This document shows, one piece after another, positions 9,184 through 18,937 of a DNA stretch of 53,734 nt. This stretch comes from a virus (taxonomy: Duplodnaviria; Caudoviricetes): positions 1 through 53,734 of the IMG/VR virus record IMGVR_UViG_3300037245_000991. One strand, written 5' to 3'. A model generated the notes under the pieces. The model did not search any database. It saw nothing but the letters and a program-made list of their open reading frames with translations, and was not told the DNA's origin. Position 1 is the stretch's first letter; each line of letters opens with the position of its first letter. The position numbers were made by a program, and so were the translations under genes.

Positions 9184-9862
9184 TCAATGACTCCACGAAC
9201 TCCGTCTCGACAACCTCACCACCGAATGCTTTCAAAACTCCGGCACAGAACCCAGTGATCTCAGCTTTGGCATCGGCCTTGATCTCAACCGTCCGCTTGT
9301 CGATCTTGATCTCCTTGCGATCCATGAAGTACTCAGGCATCCGACTGGACAACAGACGAAAGAGTAGAGTTGAATCAGCGGACTGATGTTTCGGCTTCCT
9401 TCGTTTCTTGACAACCTTAAATTCTCCAGTCTCTGTTCCCTCTGCGTCCACCACTGGTTCAAGTTCTTCCTCTGTGTCTACCCAACTGTACCCAGTCGCA
9501 GCCTTCACTGCAACACGGATCAGATCGATGTCTGCTCGGGTCTTGGCAACCTCCAAGAACTCCGCCACAGACAGGCCCTGGGCTTTCAGTTCGGCCAACC
9601 AGTCCTCGCCGCACACTTCTGCACATCCAAGAATCACCCCGATGTCCGGTACTGTCCCACCCTCGCGGACGATGGCTTTAGTAATGAGAGCCAGATTCGT
9701 GGTCTCCTTGACCTTCCTCGTTCTGTTATGCTTCGCGGAGGTCCGTTTCTTCTGTGGCAGTCGCTTGGGTTTGTTCTTCTGTGGTCCCGTCTTGGGCGGG
9801 TTACTCACCCGAGCCAGGGCTCTGTTCAAATCAGTTGTCTTGGGGGATTTGGGGGGCATCAA
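9176..9862 (-). CDS. Terminase small subunit (putative)
   Basis: Overlaps the TerL start; basic N-terminus, A(T)GY and LLFRLLSSRMPE motifs typical of TerS-like proteins. Confidence 0.65.
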   Translation of the reverse strand: MMPPKSPKTTDLNRALARVSNPPKTGPQKNKPKRLPQKKRTSAKHNRTRKVKETTNLALITKAIVREGGTVPDIGVILGCAEVCGEDWLAELKAQGLSVAEFLEVAKTRADIDLIRVAVKAATGYSWVDTEEELEPVVDAEGTETGEFKVVKKRRKPKHQSADSTLLFRLLSSRMPEYFMDRKEIKIDKRTVEIKADAKAEITGFCAGVLKAFGGEVVETEFVESLNE

Positions 9863-10743
9863 TCAAATCCCGGCCACGCTTCGTACACGTCGTAGAGGTT
9901 GTCTTCCCACGATTGGCCCACCACTTCTCGCTCATAGCGATCCATTGCAAATAACAAAGAAATCATGGATATGTCTTTCACAAACACATCCACTGGAATA
10001 CAATAATGTACGTTGGGCTGTCGGCTCCCAACCCAAACACCAATAATCTTACCATCAAGAGTGAATAAAGGGCATCCGCTGTTACCGCCCCCACCTTCTG
10101 CTGTATTGCTGAACAAGATTGCCCATCGGTAATCAGGAGAACACCCAAAGTTTTCAAGATCGAGGTTCAAGGTTTGGATAATGCCCGTAGCAACTGCGTT
10201 AAAATGCCTCTTGCCCAATGTGCTGCCTATTGAATACACCCTCTGGCCCAACACACAATCCTTAATAGAACCGAGGCGAAGTGGAGTGAGTACAACCTTG
10301 TGTTCACCGAGAACAAAAGACCTCTCTTCTGTCCCACCTACCCAACCTACTCGCTCACAATCACCGGCTATACATGTGAGATCATCAATCCAAATATGGG
10401 CGACATCATTATCTTTATTGCTGTGCACTCTATTTGCCCGGACTTGATGACCGTCGTGTGTGGTTATCAGAACGTCCTCTATGTCGTTTACAACATGCCA
10501 CGCGGTCACAATATGTCGAGGTCCGACCACAAACCCACTCCCCTGCCGTGACGAGGCCTGGAGGTGAACGACGCCCTTGAGACTGGTCTGGACGAGGTCG
10601 GTGAAGTTCGGCTCTACGGCGGGTTGCGGATCAGGGTGATCGTAGACCAGACCCGTGATGAACCACGCTGCTATAACCAAGGTAGTCAATAACAACCCTA
10701 TCATCACTATATTCGCTATTTTATACACTCGCCACTCAGTCAT
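9859..10743 (-). CDS. Membrane-anchored trypsin-like serine protease
   Basis: N-terminal TM helix; GSGF, TAWHV, DVA and GNSGCP catalytic triad motifs. Confidence 0.85.
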   Translation of the reverse strand: MTEWRVYKIANIVMIGLLLTTLVIAAWFITGLVYDHPDPQPAVEPNFTDLVQTSLKGVVHLQASSRQGSGFVVGPRHIVTAWHVVNDIEDVLITTHDGHQVRANRVHSNKDNDVAHIWIDDLTCIAGDCERVGWVGGTEERSFVLGEHKVVLTPLRLGSIKDCVLGQRVYSIGSTLGKRHFNAVATGIIQTLNLDLENFGCSPDYRWAILFSNTAEGGGGNSGCPLFTLDGKIIGVWVGSRQPNVHYCIPVDVFVKDISMISLLFAMDRYEREVVGQSWEDNLYDVYEAWPGFD

Positions 10744-10754
10744 CTCAGTCTCCT

Positions 10755-11285
10755 TTAGTCTATAGGCACTACCGACGTATCCCCTAGCACCCTGATGTTC
10801 CGTACCTTGCCTATGTCAGGCAAATACACCCGCATCAGCTTGATCCCCCATCCGCCCGCTGCTTCCCGCAGTCCCTTCCTGATCTCGGCCTTGATGGCCT
10901 CTCGGTCCTTCAACTCCTCGTAAGTGTGGGCCGAGACGAACTGCTCTATCACACCCCCAGCAACTGCTTCCAAACTCTTATCGAAGTTGTCGGTCTCGAA
11001 AATCGCCTTCTCAGCATCAGTGATCCGATAGAGGAGGGCTCCACGCACGGCCAGGTCCACCTCATCAGAGGTTGTGACTGACTGAGCCGCGAGCGTCAAA
11101 CCCTGTGTGGCCACATTCACCTTCACGAACTGGTGGATCAGAGGCCAATGGATATACCAACCGGGAGGTGTGGGGCTAACCCGACTCCCCAGCGTGATCC
11201 GCACTCCTGATTCATCAGGGTAGACGAAGTACAGTCGGGGTAGCCAACAGAACAGTAACTCGACCAGTTGGGTGATCCACGTCAT
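10755..11285 (-). CDS. SPFH/Band-7 domain protein
   Basis: DESGVRITLG...PGWYIHWP, QSVTTSD, YRITDAEKA and WGIKL motifs. Confidence 0.85.
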   Translation of the reverse strand: MTWITQLVELLFCWLPRLYFVYPDESGVRITLGSRVSPTPPGWYIHWPLIHQFVKVNVATQGLTLAAQSVTTSDEVDLAVRGALLYRITDAEKAIFETDNFDKSLEAVAGGVIEQFVSAHTYEELKDREAIKAEIRKGLREAAGGWGIKLMRVYLPDIGKVRNIRVLGDTSVVPID

Positions 11286-11411
11286 CTCATAGTCCTAAAA
11301 GGACCGGAGGGCCGAGGGGCAGTCGTGCCCTACTCCGCCCGTCCGGTCTATACTGTACGCGCACGGGGTCTCGGCCTGTAAGCTGGACTCCCGTTATGAT
11401 CGCGGTTGTGG

Positions 11412-11603
11412 TCATAGTAAACGCCCAGTCCGTTCAATCTCGTGGGCCTCTGAATCCTGCATCTGATGGGATATGATGCGGATCAGGTCATCTCTGGTAA
11501 ACTCTGTCAAGGGCACACCTCGATATGTCGGCATTTTACCTTCAGAAATATCTACTTCTTGTAGTAACATCTGCACTGCCCAAACCCGTTCTTTATCTGT
11601 CAT
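11412..11603 (-). CDS. Hypothetical protein
   Basis: AGGAGACAGAGAG leader. Confidence 0.6.
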   Translation of the reverse strand: MTDKERVWAVQMLLQEVDISEGKMPTYRGVPLTEFTRDDLIRIISHQMQDSEAHEIERTGRLL

Positions 11604-11781
11604 CTCTCTGTCTCCTTTGTGATCTCATAACCCCGTCACATGTTCCGATATCCACCGGGCCCTCTATTCCTTGGTGCGCCACATGATGAGGAAACACTGG
11701 ATGCTTTTTGGTGTTGGTGCCGTCATCTATACTGCCGCACTTCACGCAGACCCAAAACCACTGCCCCAGTTCATCACTCAT
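11593..11781 (-). CDS. Small Cys-containing hypothetical protein
   Basis: GGAGACAGAGAG leader; CVKCG. Confidence 0.55.
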   Translation of the reverse strand: MSDELGQWFWVCVKCGSIDDGTNTKKHPVFPHHVAHQGIEGPVDIGTCDGVMRSQRRQRDDR

Positions 11782-12388
11782 CTCTCTGTCTCCAACTCAC
11801 TGCGTTCGTTCGGGTGTTCTTCCTGGAGGGATGTTGTGTCGTAAGCAAGCAACCGAAACGTCATCTGGTTACTACTCCGAACTATCGCGGGTTTTTAATC
11901 TCCTCTGCGACACGCCTCCCCAGGAAAAACGCACGTCCACTGTATATAGGCGAACGACCCACCCATTCAGTCGGACCTACCCCCCGTTCCTGACCCGTGA
12001 GTGCGGGTCGTCAAAAAATAAATATAATTTTTCTACAGAGAGGGCGAATATTGTTCTTGACAAGGGGCATCCTTAGTGTTTTCGGTGGAAAATCTGGCGT
12101 CCGGTCTCGCTGGCTATTCACCACCCCTACCAACCCGCCCACACACAAGCCCACCTCCCCCTACCCTCAGCACGACCCTCACAAGCCCTACACACGGCAC
12201 ACATAGGCGTGGCATGGATAAGGGCCGAGCGTACGCCAGGCCAAGCGCGTCCTATAACAGAGGGGTGTGTCAACGTGTACTCTCTTCCTCTTATGTGTGT
12301 GCGTATGTACACGCGTCCTATAACCACATGCCCTAAGCCATGCACACACAATGGCTTACACCTATTTTCTTTTTATTTTATTTTGTTC

Positions 12389-12416
12389 TTGTATCTCTCT
12401 GATTGTATGTTATAGT
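12389..12416 (+). promoter_or_regulatory. Sigma70-type early promoter
   Basis: TTGTAT-16-TATAGT with extended -10 TG and an upstream T-tract UP element, at the start of the plus-strand gene block. Confidence 0.65.
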
Positions 12417-12427
12417 GTATGTAGGCA

Positions 12428-12634
12428 ATGGTGCCTATGAGGAGTAGAGAGAATATGAAAGAGCAATTCGACGTACAAGATGTGATTGATGCAGGTTGCA
12501 CACTTGAGCCACTTGTTTGCCGATCATGCCAATCAACTAAGGTAATGTTCAATCAAGCAATAGGTGATGCGTATTGTGCCACTTGTGGTCACTGGCAATT
12601 AGGGTTAACCAAACCCAATCAGCTGAGGAGCTAA
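12428..12634 (+). CDS. Small zinc-ribbon protein
   Basis: CRSC...CATC; first gene after the promoter (start may be the ATG at 12455). Confidence 0.55.
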   Translation: MVPMRSRENMKEQFDVQDVIDAGCTLEPLVCRSCQSTKVMFNQAIGDAYCATCGHWQLGLTKPNQLRS

Positions 12635-13198
12635 ATCATGACAACCTACACATACAACCGATGGTCGATCAGAAGTACGTTTTGGCTGGTGGTGGCCGCT
12701 TATGTGTCGTTGTGTTGAACGATCAAAGAGTAGATCAGGAGGAAGTGGGATGAAAGTATTACCAGGGCTTAAAAACGTTGTTCGTGGTAACACAGCTGCA
12801 ACACAAGGCAGTCGGTTGTATTCAGGGCTCATGTGCCATCTTGCCCGTATGAACAAACCGCGGTGGATGAACAGAATCAATCAAAGACTGAAATGGACGA
12901 CAAGCTAAACCCGCAAACCCGCAAACCGGGGCCATTGAGGCGGTCTCGGCTTATGGGTTTGTGCTGAATCAGAGAGTAGAGTAGGAGGTTAAATGATGTG
13001 GAAAGTGCAATGGTGTAACAACTATGGGAAACTAGTAACGTTGGTTTTGTCAACTCGTACGATCATGAAGTGCTTAGCATACGATCACGATTATTATTAC
13101 AGTATTGAGCCTTGCTGAATACTACGGGGCGTAGTAGGTTGTACGTTTGTACAAGGTGGAGTCTAGTCCCCTACATACAAGAAACAGGAGGCAGAACG

Positions 13199-13477
13199 AT
13201 GATTGTCAGAATCAGTACAGAACGCAAGCGTGTTAAATGGCTATGTGGTCTTATCAGCGAGTTTTTCGATGGGTTTACAGTCTACAAGACGACAGGCTAT
13301 TGGCAAGGTGTCCGTGAGAAGTCTATCGTATTTGAGATTGATACGCTGGGATTTTCCAGTACACAGACTCTGCTTCTCGATGCAAATATCAAAATGATAT
13401 GTCGCAAGATATGCGGTTATAACAGACAAGACGCGGTTCTTGTTCAGCGTATTGAATCAGAAACAGTATTATTGTAA
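13199..13477 (+). CDS. Hypothetical protein (GFTVYKTTGYWQG motif)
   Basis: RBS AGGAGG before the ATG at 13199. Confidence 0.65.
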   Translation: MIVRISTERKRVKWLCGLISEFFDGFTVYKTTGYWQGVREKSIVFEIDTLGFSSTQTLLLDANIKMICRKICGYNRQDAVLVQRIESETVLL

Positions 13478-13491
13478 AAGAGGATAAAACT

Positions 13492-13728
13492 ATGTTTTTA
13501 GTACTCAAACGTTTTCCAATGGACGATGTACCAATAGGACTGTGTAAAACCAAACGCGAGGCATTGGCTCTGATAATAAAGGATCAAAGTAACGACACAT
13601 TTATGACAAACGAACAGAGTAAACTCATGCAGTTGGACGCCGGTTTAGCATATTGTGGTGCGTATTTACTCGTAGAGTTTAACAAAACAGGCGAACCAAT
13701 CAAGAGTTCAGTGGAGGTAACACAATGA
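13492..13728 (+). CDS. Hypothetical protein
   Basis: RBS GAGG; in the early gene run. Confidence 0.55.
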   Translation: MFLVLKRFPMDDVPIGLCKTKREALALIIKDQSNDTFMTNEQSKLMQLDAGLAYCGAYLLVEFNKTGEPIKSSVEVTQ

Positions 13729-13895
13729 AACAACCAGATCAGAATCAGAAGAACGTCAAGAAATGCCCGAAATGTGGTGATACTATGGGTATAAACGCCA
13801 AAGGTAAGCCTGTTTGTATTTGCCAGCTTGAACACGGCAAGTAGAATGCCAAAATGACAGAGAATCAGGGAACCAGAGTATAAGAGGAGCTTATA

Positions 13896-14423
13896 ATGAG
13901 AGAAGACACAGTAACAACCAAAGTTTACAAATTCGATGAACTATCAGACGAGGCAAAAGAAACGACAATAGAGAAGCTGTACAACGTGAACGTCGATTAT
14001 GACTGGTGGGAATGCACCTACGAAGACGCGAGAACGATTGCGCTAACCCTCGAAGGGTTTGACCTTGACCGAAATCGCCATGCTACTGGCAAATGGCAAG
14101 AAGACGCGGAGGCCAGTGCAAACGCTATTCTTGAGAATCACGGAGAATCGTGTGAGACACACAAAGACGCTACAGAGTTTCTGTTTGCCATTGGTGAGGC
14201 AGCAATGGTGTTTGAAGCAAAAGACGACTACGATCCTGAATATGAGGAGTTCGACGAAACATACGAATACGAAACACTTTGCGCCGAGTTCCTCAAGACC
14301 ATACTGGAGGATTATTCGATTATGCTCCAAAAGGAATCCGAGTATTTACAATCAGAAGAGGCAATTATCGAGACAATTAAAGCAAACGAGTACGAGTTCA
14401 CAGTTGACGGAATTATGTATTGA
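13896..14423 (+). CDS. Acidic early phage protein (KVYKFDELSDEAKE family)
   Basis: Recurrent phage motif with NEYEFTxDG end; RBS GAGGAG. Confidence 0.75.
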   Translation: MREDTVTTKVYKFDELSDEAKETTIEKLYNVNVDYDWWECTYEDARTIALTLEGFDLDRNRHATGKWQEDAEASANAILENHGESCETHKDATEFLFAIGEAAMVFEAKDDYDPEYEEFDETYEYETLCAEFLKTILEDYSIMLQKESEYLQSEEAIIETIKANEYEFTVDGIMY

Positions 14424-14506
14424 GTAGTCTAGACTGTCGGACAGTCTCACACCTGTCTGGCGGTCTGTACTAACGCGAAGCCGATCAGAATAATGGAGAA
14501 ACGACG

Positions 14507-14737
14507 ATGAAAATAGAGAAAACAGGCACGACAGTCAAACTATGGTTGTCGGCTAACGACACCTATAATTGGGCAAATGCCCCAGGCAGGCGGTGGCCAT
14601 GCAGTCAACTAGCTGGGAAACGACTGTTCGCTGAGTTCGATCGGGGTGATCTGGTGGATTATACTGTTGACGATAAAGACGGTGTGGATATACCGGGCGA
14701 TGAGTTCACGGCTATAACCGACGATTATCTTGATTGA
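14507..14737 (+). CDS. Hypothetical protein
   Basis: RBS GGAG; WPCSQL motif. Confidence 0.65.
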   Translation: MKIEKTGTTVKLWLSANDTYNWANAPGRRWPCSQLAGKRLFAEFDRGDLVDYTVDDKDGVDIPGDEFTAITDDYLD

Positions 14738-14750
14738 GGAGAACAGAACG

Positions 14751-14939
14751 ATGAAAGAAGAGAAGATTAACATAGACGACCTCAAGCGTGAGTGTCTAGA
14801 GTGTGGCCAGGAGTTCATCCCAGACGAGTCTGGGCAAGAGTGTTGCGACAACGAGTGTGCGTCGGTGTACTACGGGTGGGATGAGGATGAGAACGACGGC
14901 CATGAATACGACTACGACTGCGATGAGGAGGGGATATGA
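14751..14939 (+). CDS. Acidic zinc-finger protein
   Basis: CLECG...CCDNEC; RBS GAGGAG. Confidence 0.6.
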   Translation: MKEEKINIDDLKRECLECGQEFIPDESGQECCDNECASVYYGWDEDENDGHEYDYDCDEEGI

Positions 14940-15145
14940 TAAAGACGTCAATTGAGATTATACAACACGACCACGACGAAACAGATTATCTCAAAGAGAT
15001 TGTATACCGACTTAATATACGGTTTACAACACAAGAGATAATGGAACAACGCTGGGAAATACATTGTCTTGCCATAGCAACAGAGCTTAATGGTACGATT
15101 TTAATTGCCAACAAAGGCCAGATTATGTTTGGTTTTACAGATTGA
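14936..15145 (+). CDS. Hypothetical protein
   Basis: ATGA coupling to the upstream gene. Confidence 0.5.
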   Translation: MIKTSIEIIQHDHDETDYLKEIVYRLNIRFTTQEIMEQRWEIHCLAIATELNGTILIANKGQIMFGFTD

Positions 15146-15157
15146 GGATTAGAGACT

Positions 15158-15388
15158 ATGAAACACGACACACACAACACAGAACAGGTCTACATCTGCG
15201 ACGGATGGCCAGCTACGACCGACAGACCAGCGATCCCCTGCGGAGTACTACATCAGGAGTCCACAGTCGCCGTTAGAGAGACGTTCACGGATCAGGGTGT
15301 AGAACGGACTATGTACTGCGATCAGTGTGGCAGCGGGCGTCTGAGGCTCTGCGATGAGACGATGGCGGTCGAGCAGGGACGAGAGTGA
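15158..15388 (+). CDS. Zinc-ribbon hypothetical protein
   Basis: CDQCG; RBS GAGG. Confidence 0.55.
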   Translation: MKHDTHNTEQVYICDGWPATTDRPAIPCGVLHQESTVAVRETFTDQGVERTMYCDQCGSGRLRLCDETMAVEQGRE

Positions 15389-15460
15389 GAGGGAGAGAGT
15401 ACACCGGCCAGAGTGAGTGGTAGTATAATCAATATAATCGTTATAAGTGGAGGCAGAACC

Positions 15461-15604
15461 ATGAGAATAACGTCAATCAACATAGCAGTATTTGTAATCG
15501 TGCCATTTGCTATTTGGCTCGGCTATACTGGTCGAGTCGATTGGTGGGTAATCGGATTTGTTGCAGCGACACATTTTAGTATCGACCTAAAACTGAGGGG
15601 ATAA
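15461..15604 (+). CDS. Small membrane protein
   Basis: RBS GGAGG before MRITS; two hydrophobic segments. Confidence 0.55.
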   Translation: MRITSINIAVFVIVPFAIWLGYTGRVDWWVIGFVAATHFSIDLKLRG

Positions 15605-15608
15605 CACA

Positions 15609-15983
15609 ATGAACACACCACCAACCAATATGGACGACGTTATCGACAGTAGAGATGTGATTGAGCGAATCGAGGAGTTAGAAGCGGAACTGGCACCGGC
15701 TATCAACGTCGGTGGAGCAGACGCCGACGAAATCGAGGAACTCACCACACTCAAAGCTCTGGCCGAAGAGGGCGAAGGCTCACCCGACTGGGAATATGGT
15801 GAAACACTGATCCGAGACAGCTACTTCGAGGAGTATGCACAACAACTGGCCGAGGACTGCGGTATGGTGGTCGAGACTGGTTGGCCCAACAACTGCATCG
15901 ACTGGAAACAAGCCGCCGAGGAGCTACAGCAGGACTATATGAGTGTGGAGTTCGACGATGTGGAGTATTGGATTAGGGCATAG
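15609..15983 (+). CDS. Acidic antirestriction (ArdA-like/DNA mimic) protein, putative
   Basis: Very acidic; LIRDSYFEEYAQQLAEDCG...IDWKQAAEELQQDY resembles the ArdA C-terminus. Confidence 0.55.
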   Translation: MNTPPTNMDDVIDSRDVIERIEELEAELAPAINVGGADADEIEELTTLKALAEEGEGSPDWEYGETLIRDSYFEEYAQQLAEDCGMVVETGWPNNCIDWKQAAEELQQDYMSVEFDDVEYWIRA

Positions 15984-16003
15984 AGTATACAGGAGAAACG
16001 ATC

Positions 16004-16198
16004 ATGTTAACCAGGAAACACTACAAGGCAATCGCGGAGATCGTGGAAACCACAACAGAGAAGCACAAGACTGAGGGTTTTGGTTCTTTGTTGTGCAACG
16101 AAGTCCGCAACAGTATTACAATTGAACTTGCCGACTACTTTGCGGCAGACAACCCACAGTTTGACCGGGATCGGTTCCTGGAGGCGTGTGGGTTGTGA
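16004..16198 (+). CDS. Conserved small phage protein
   Basis: TRKHYKAIA...DNPQFDRDRFLEACG motif; RBS AGGAG. Confidence 0.75.
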   Translation: MLTRKHYKAIAEIVETTTEKHKTEGFGSLLCNEVRNSITIELADYFAADNPQFDRDRFLEACGL

Positions 16199-16220
16199 GT
16201 GAGTGAGAGAGTGAGAGAGT

Positions 16221-16448
16221 ATGGAGGATAGAGTGATGAGATACGAAGCAGACTCAGACGCAGCAATGGCATACGACCGGCACAGACGCCAAGAAGAACG
16301 ACGGAGACGAAATCGAGAAGCAGTAAGAAAGAAAGCACGATACGACAAATACATCGAGATTACAGCCGAGGCCCAGATTCTAGGATACACCCTGGTCAAG
16401 CACTGCCCATACTGCAAGAGTATAAAGGCGTGTATGTGCAGCCGATGA
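16221..16448 (+). CDS. Basic zinc-finger hypothetical protein
   Basis: Arg-rich, with CPYC...CMC. Confidence 0.5.
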   Translation: MEDRVMRYEADSDAAMAYDRHRRQEERRRRNREAVRKKARYDKYIEITAEAQILGYTLVKHCPYCKSIKACMCSR

Positions 16449-16622
16449 CCACCCCCAGACCAACCGGGCACGGAGGCCCGGGGCGAGACCAGGAGACCCA
16501 CGTCCGATAACGAGATTTCATTTGTAAAAGAGCAAACAGTTTCAAAACCATTACATATATATATGATATCTTGTATACTTGTTATATATCACACAGGCTA
16601 TTCTTTTATAAAGGAAAATACA

Positions 16623-16958
16623 ATGGAAACAGGAGCAAATAAAATATGGTTGAACGCTGGCCGAACACAATGGTTGTTTGGGGATGGCACTATCAGAGAG
16701 CGTAGACTCTGGCTTGACGACCTTCAAACACAATGGATAGATCGCAGAGGGGTTGTACATACCACTATGAGTACATACGCCCCACTCTCAGACCGAAACC
16801 GATGGCGTGTTCTTCGTCAATATTCGTCTGGATCGTTCACACTGGCCCAATTGGCCTATGAGTATGAGGTGAGTGTTGGGATGGTGTGGCATATCGTATC
16901 AGGTAAAGGATGGCCATTTATCAAAACAACCAAACAGAGTAGGAGGTATGAGAGATGA
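16623..16958 (+). CDS. HTH protein related to the C-terminal domain of the NUMOD4-HNH endonuclease
   Basis: LSDRNR...QYSSGSFTLAQLAYEY...IVSGKGWPF aligns with the 20988..21524 C-terminus; no HNH core. Confidence 0.65.
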   Translation: METGANKIWLNAGRTQWLFGDGTIRERRLWLDDLQTQWIDRRGVVHTTMSTYAPLSDRNRWRVLRQYSSGSFTLAQLAYEYEVSVGMVWHIVSGKGWPFIKTTKQSRRYER

Positions 16959-17242
16959 GTGAGAGAACAGAGAGGCCGTGGATAGTTCTACGCAACGATC
17001 AAGACGACTGTTTCGATATTGTAGGTGAACAACCAGATGGTTACACTTTCATTTGTGATACGCGGGGCGAGGACAGTGAGGCCAACGCCCAACTCATAGC
17101 CGCCGCACCCGATCTGCTGGCGGCGTGTAAGGAGGTTCGGGAAGATATGCTCTTTGACGCACAAAACAACAATTTAGATGAAGAGCGAGATTTGATGTTT
17201 AATAATATCGAAGCCGCCATAGCCAAAGCCGAGGAGGTGTAA
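16955..17242 (+). CDS. Conserved phage protein (ANAQLIAAAPDLL family)
   Basis: Widely recurring phage motif; RBS AGGAGG. Confidence 0.75.
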   Translation: MSERTERPWIVLRNDQDDCFDIVGEQPDGYTFICDTRGEDSEANAQLIAAAPDLLAACKEVREDMLFDAQNNNLDEERDLMFNNIEAAIAKAEEV

Positions 17243-17415
17243 GGATGAAATTTTACAATAGATGGTTACTCGTGATGGGTGTTGTACTCAGTTTCTGTGC
17301 TGTATTTGGCGGTCTGTGTTATGTGGCTACTGTACACCCTATATATTTATGTGTTATTCTTTTTCTCGTGTTTACTTTTATGGTAGCATATTGGATAGAT
17401 TGAGGAGCCAACCCA

Positions 17416-17931
17416 ATGCCAAGACACAAACTAAAAACCCAGAAAATATGTGACCACCAGAACGGACTCTGTGCCCTGTGCAAACAGCCGATCCCAGAGG
17501 GACCGAACCGGATGTGCTACTACGAACCGAAGAATGTCGTGATCTGCCGGGTGTGCAACGTGGCAGTTCATAACTACGTGCGTCTGATCGAGCCTGGGGG
17601 TGTGTCGGTCGCCGATATGACCACGTTCCTGGAGCAGCCACGGACTGCGGACCCTGCACTTGCAACCAAACACAAGAAGCTGAACCCCGAGCAGTTGGCC
17701 AATAGACTCCTGGCTGCGAAGGGTGGGTGGACTCTGACCTTGGCCGAGCATGACGTGAGAACTGGCGGGTCCGGTCCAGTGATCGACCCTGATACCGAGT
17801 CGGAGTGGGTGAAGACAGAGGACTCACCACCTGATGCGAACGAAGAGAGCCGACAGTCTGATCGTCTGATGGTGGGTGGAGTAATGTGTGAGGTGGTTGA
17901 TGGGGAGTGGGTTCCAATCGAGAGTAAGTGA
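17416..17931 (+). CDS. Endonuclease VII-like zinc protein (possibly inactive)
   Basis: QNGLCALC...ICRVCN spacing as in Endo VII, but the DH(D/C)H catalytic segment is not evident. Confidence 0.5.
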   Translation: MPRHKLKTQKICDHQNGLCALCKQPIPEGPNRMCYYEPKNVVICRVCNVAVHNYVRLIEPGGVSVADMTTFLEQPRTADPALATKHKKLNPEQLANRLLAAKGGWTLTLAEHDVRTGGSGPVIDPDTESEWVKTEDSPPDANEESRQSDRLMVGGVMCEVVDGEWVPIESK

Positions 17932-17960
17932 GATAAATTCGCAGAATCTGGAGAATTTAG

Positions 17961-17989
17961 TTGGCGAGTGGTCGTTTATGGTGTATACT
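17961..17989 (+). promoter_or_regulatory. Sigma70-type promoter
   Basis: TTGGCG-17-TATACT in an intergenic gap. Confidence 0.6.
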
Positions 17990-18025
17990 ATAAGAAACGA
18001 AATTAGAGTAAGGGAGGTAACACAC

Positions 18026-18283
18026 ATGAACACAGTGAACACGAAACTAGTACCACCAATCACGAGCAAGACAACAGTGGGTGAGTTGATCGGCAGCAAT
18101 ATGCGAAGCCACGGACAGACTGCCTTTGTCGGTAGTATTGGTGGGGAGGAAGGGTTGTTCTTGATTACTTATGGGGCGGTTGTGAAGGCAAACCAACCGA
18201 ACCTGACCTGGAACTACAGTGGTAATCGCCGAGGTGTTGTCCACGTTGACCGCTACTGTGACGTGGTTATCACCGAAGAGTAA
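18026..18283 (+). CDS. Hypothetical protein
   Basis: GGAGGTAACACACATG leader. Confidence 0.6.
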   Translation: MNTVNTKLVPPITSKTTVGELIGSNMRSHGQTAFVGSIGGEEGLFLITYGAVVKANQPNLTWNYSGNRRGVVHVDRYCDVVITEE

Positions 18284-18311
18284 ACCGAAACAGAACGAGG
18301 AGGTAACACAC

Positions 18312-18584
18312 ATGGCATCACTACACTGCAAAGACGGAACAGTGGTACAGATCAGTACCGAAACAGAGATAGAGTTGAGGAAGGCGTTCGGGTCAAAACA
18401 AAAGTTGCGACACGGCGACTATGGGTATTATATGGAATGTAAGACCGATCCGTGTGTTGTGTGTAATGTGGACGGTCAACTTCAGGTAGTAAACAATTAC
18501 AGTTTGTGTTGCTTCACACTGTCAAAACATGGCCATCAAAAGTTCGACCGTCGTGGAAACATCTTCGATGATCTGAAGAAGTAA
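18312..18584 (+). CDS. Hypothetical protein with HGD...NIFDDL C-terminal module
   Basis: Same GGAGGTAACACACATG leader as 18026. Confidence 0.6.
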   Translation: MASLHCKDGTVVQISTETEIELRKAFGSKQKLRHGDYGYYMECKTDPCVVCNVDGQLQVVNNYSLCCFTLSKHGHQKFDRRGNIFDDLKK

Positions 18585-18706
18585 ACCCACAAAGCCGGGC
18601 TGCATTGGAACGGCATGATCTCGTTTTTGACATGGACCGCCAACCCGAACACGCAGCCTGTGCCTTATGAGTTCGAGAGTGAATGAGTTGAATAGGGGAT
18701 AGAGAG

Positions 18707-18937
18707 ATGAAGATCAAACCAGCGATCAGAGGGCCGAAGAACTATTGTGATTACAGCGAGTTGGCCATCGGGGACACATTCATTTATCATGGAGCACTGT
18801 GGATAAAATCTGACGACACAGGTAGTTTTGAGCAAACAGCCATAAATCTTGCGACAGGTGAGTGGGACTACAACCTATGTGGCATCCAAGTCTTCCCCGT
18901 CGATGCCGTGATAACGTGGACCAAACAGAAGGAGTAG
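18707..18937 (+). CDS. Hypothetical protein
   Basis: ELAIGDTF motif; purine-rich leader. Confidence 0.6.
   Translation: MKIKPAIRGPKNYCDYSELAIGDTFIYHGALWIKSDDTGSFEQTAINLATGEWDYNLCGIQVFPVDAVITWTKQKE

Noticed and set aside
12057-12090. Perfect TTGACA as a promoter
   Set aside because: No acceptable -10 hexamer at 16-18 bp spacing.
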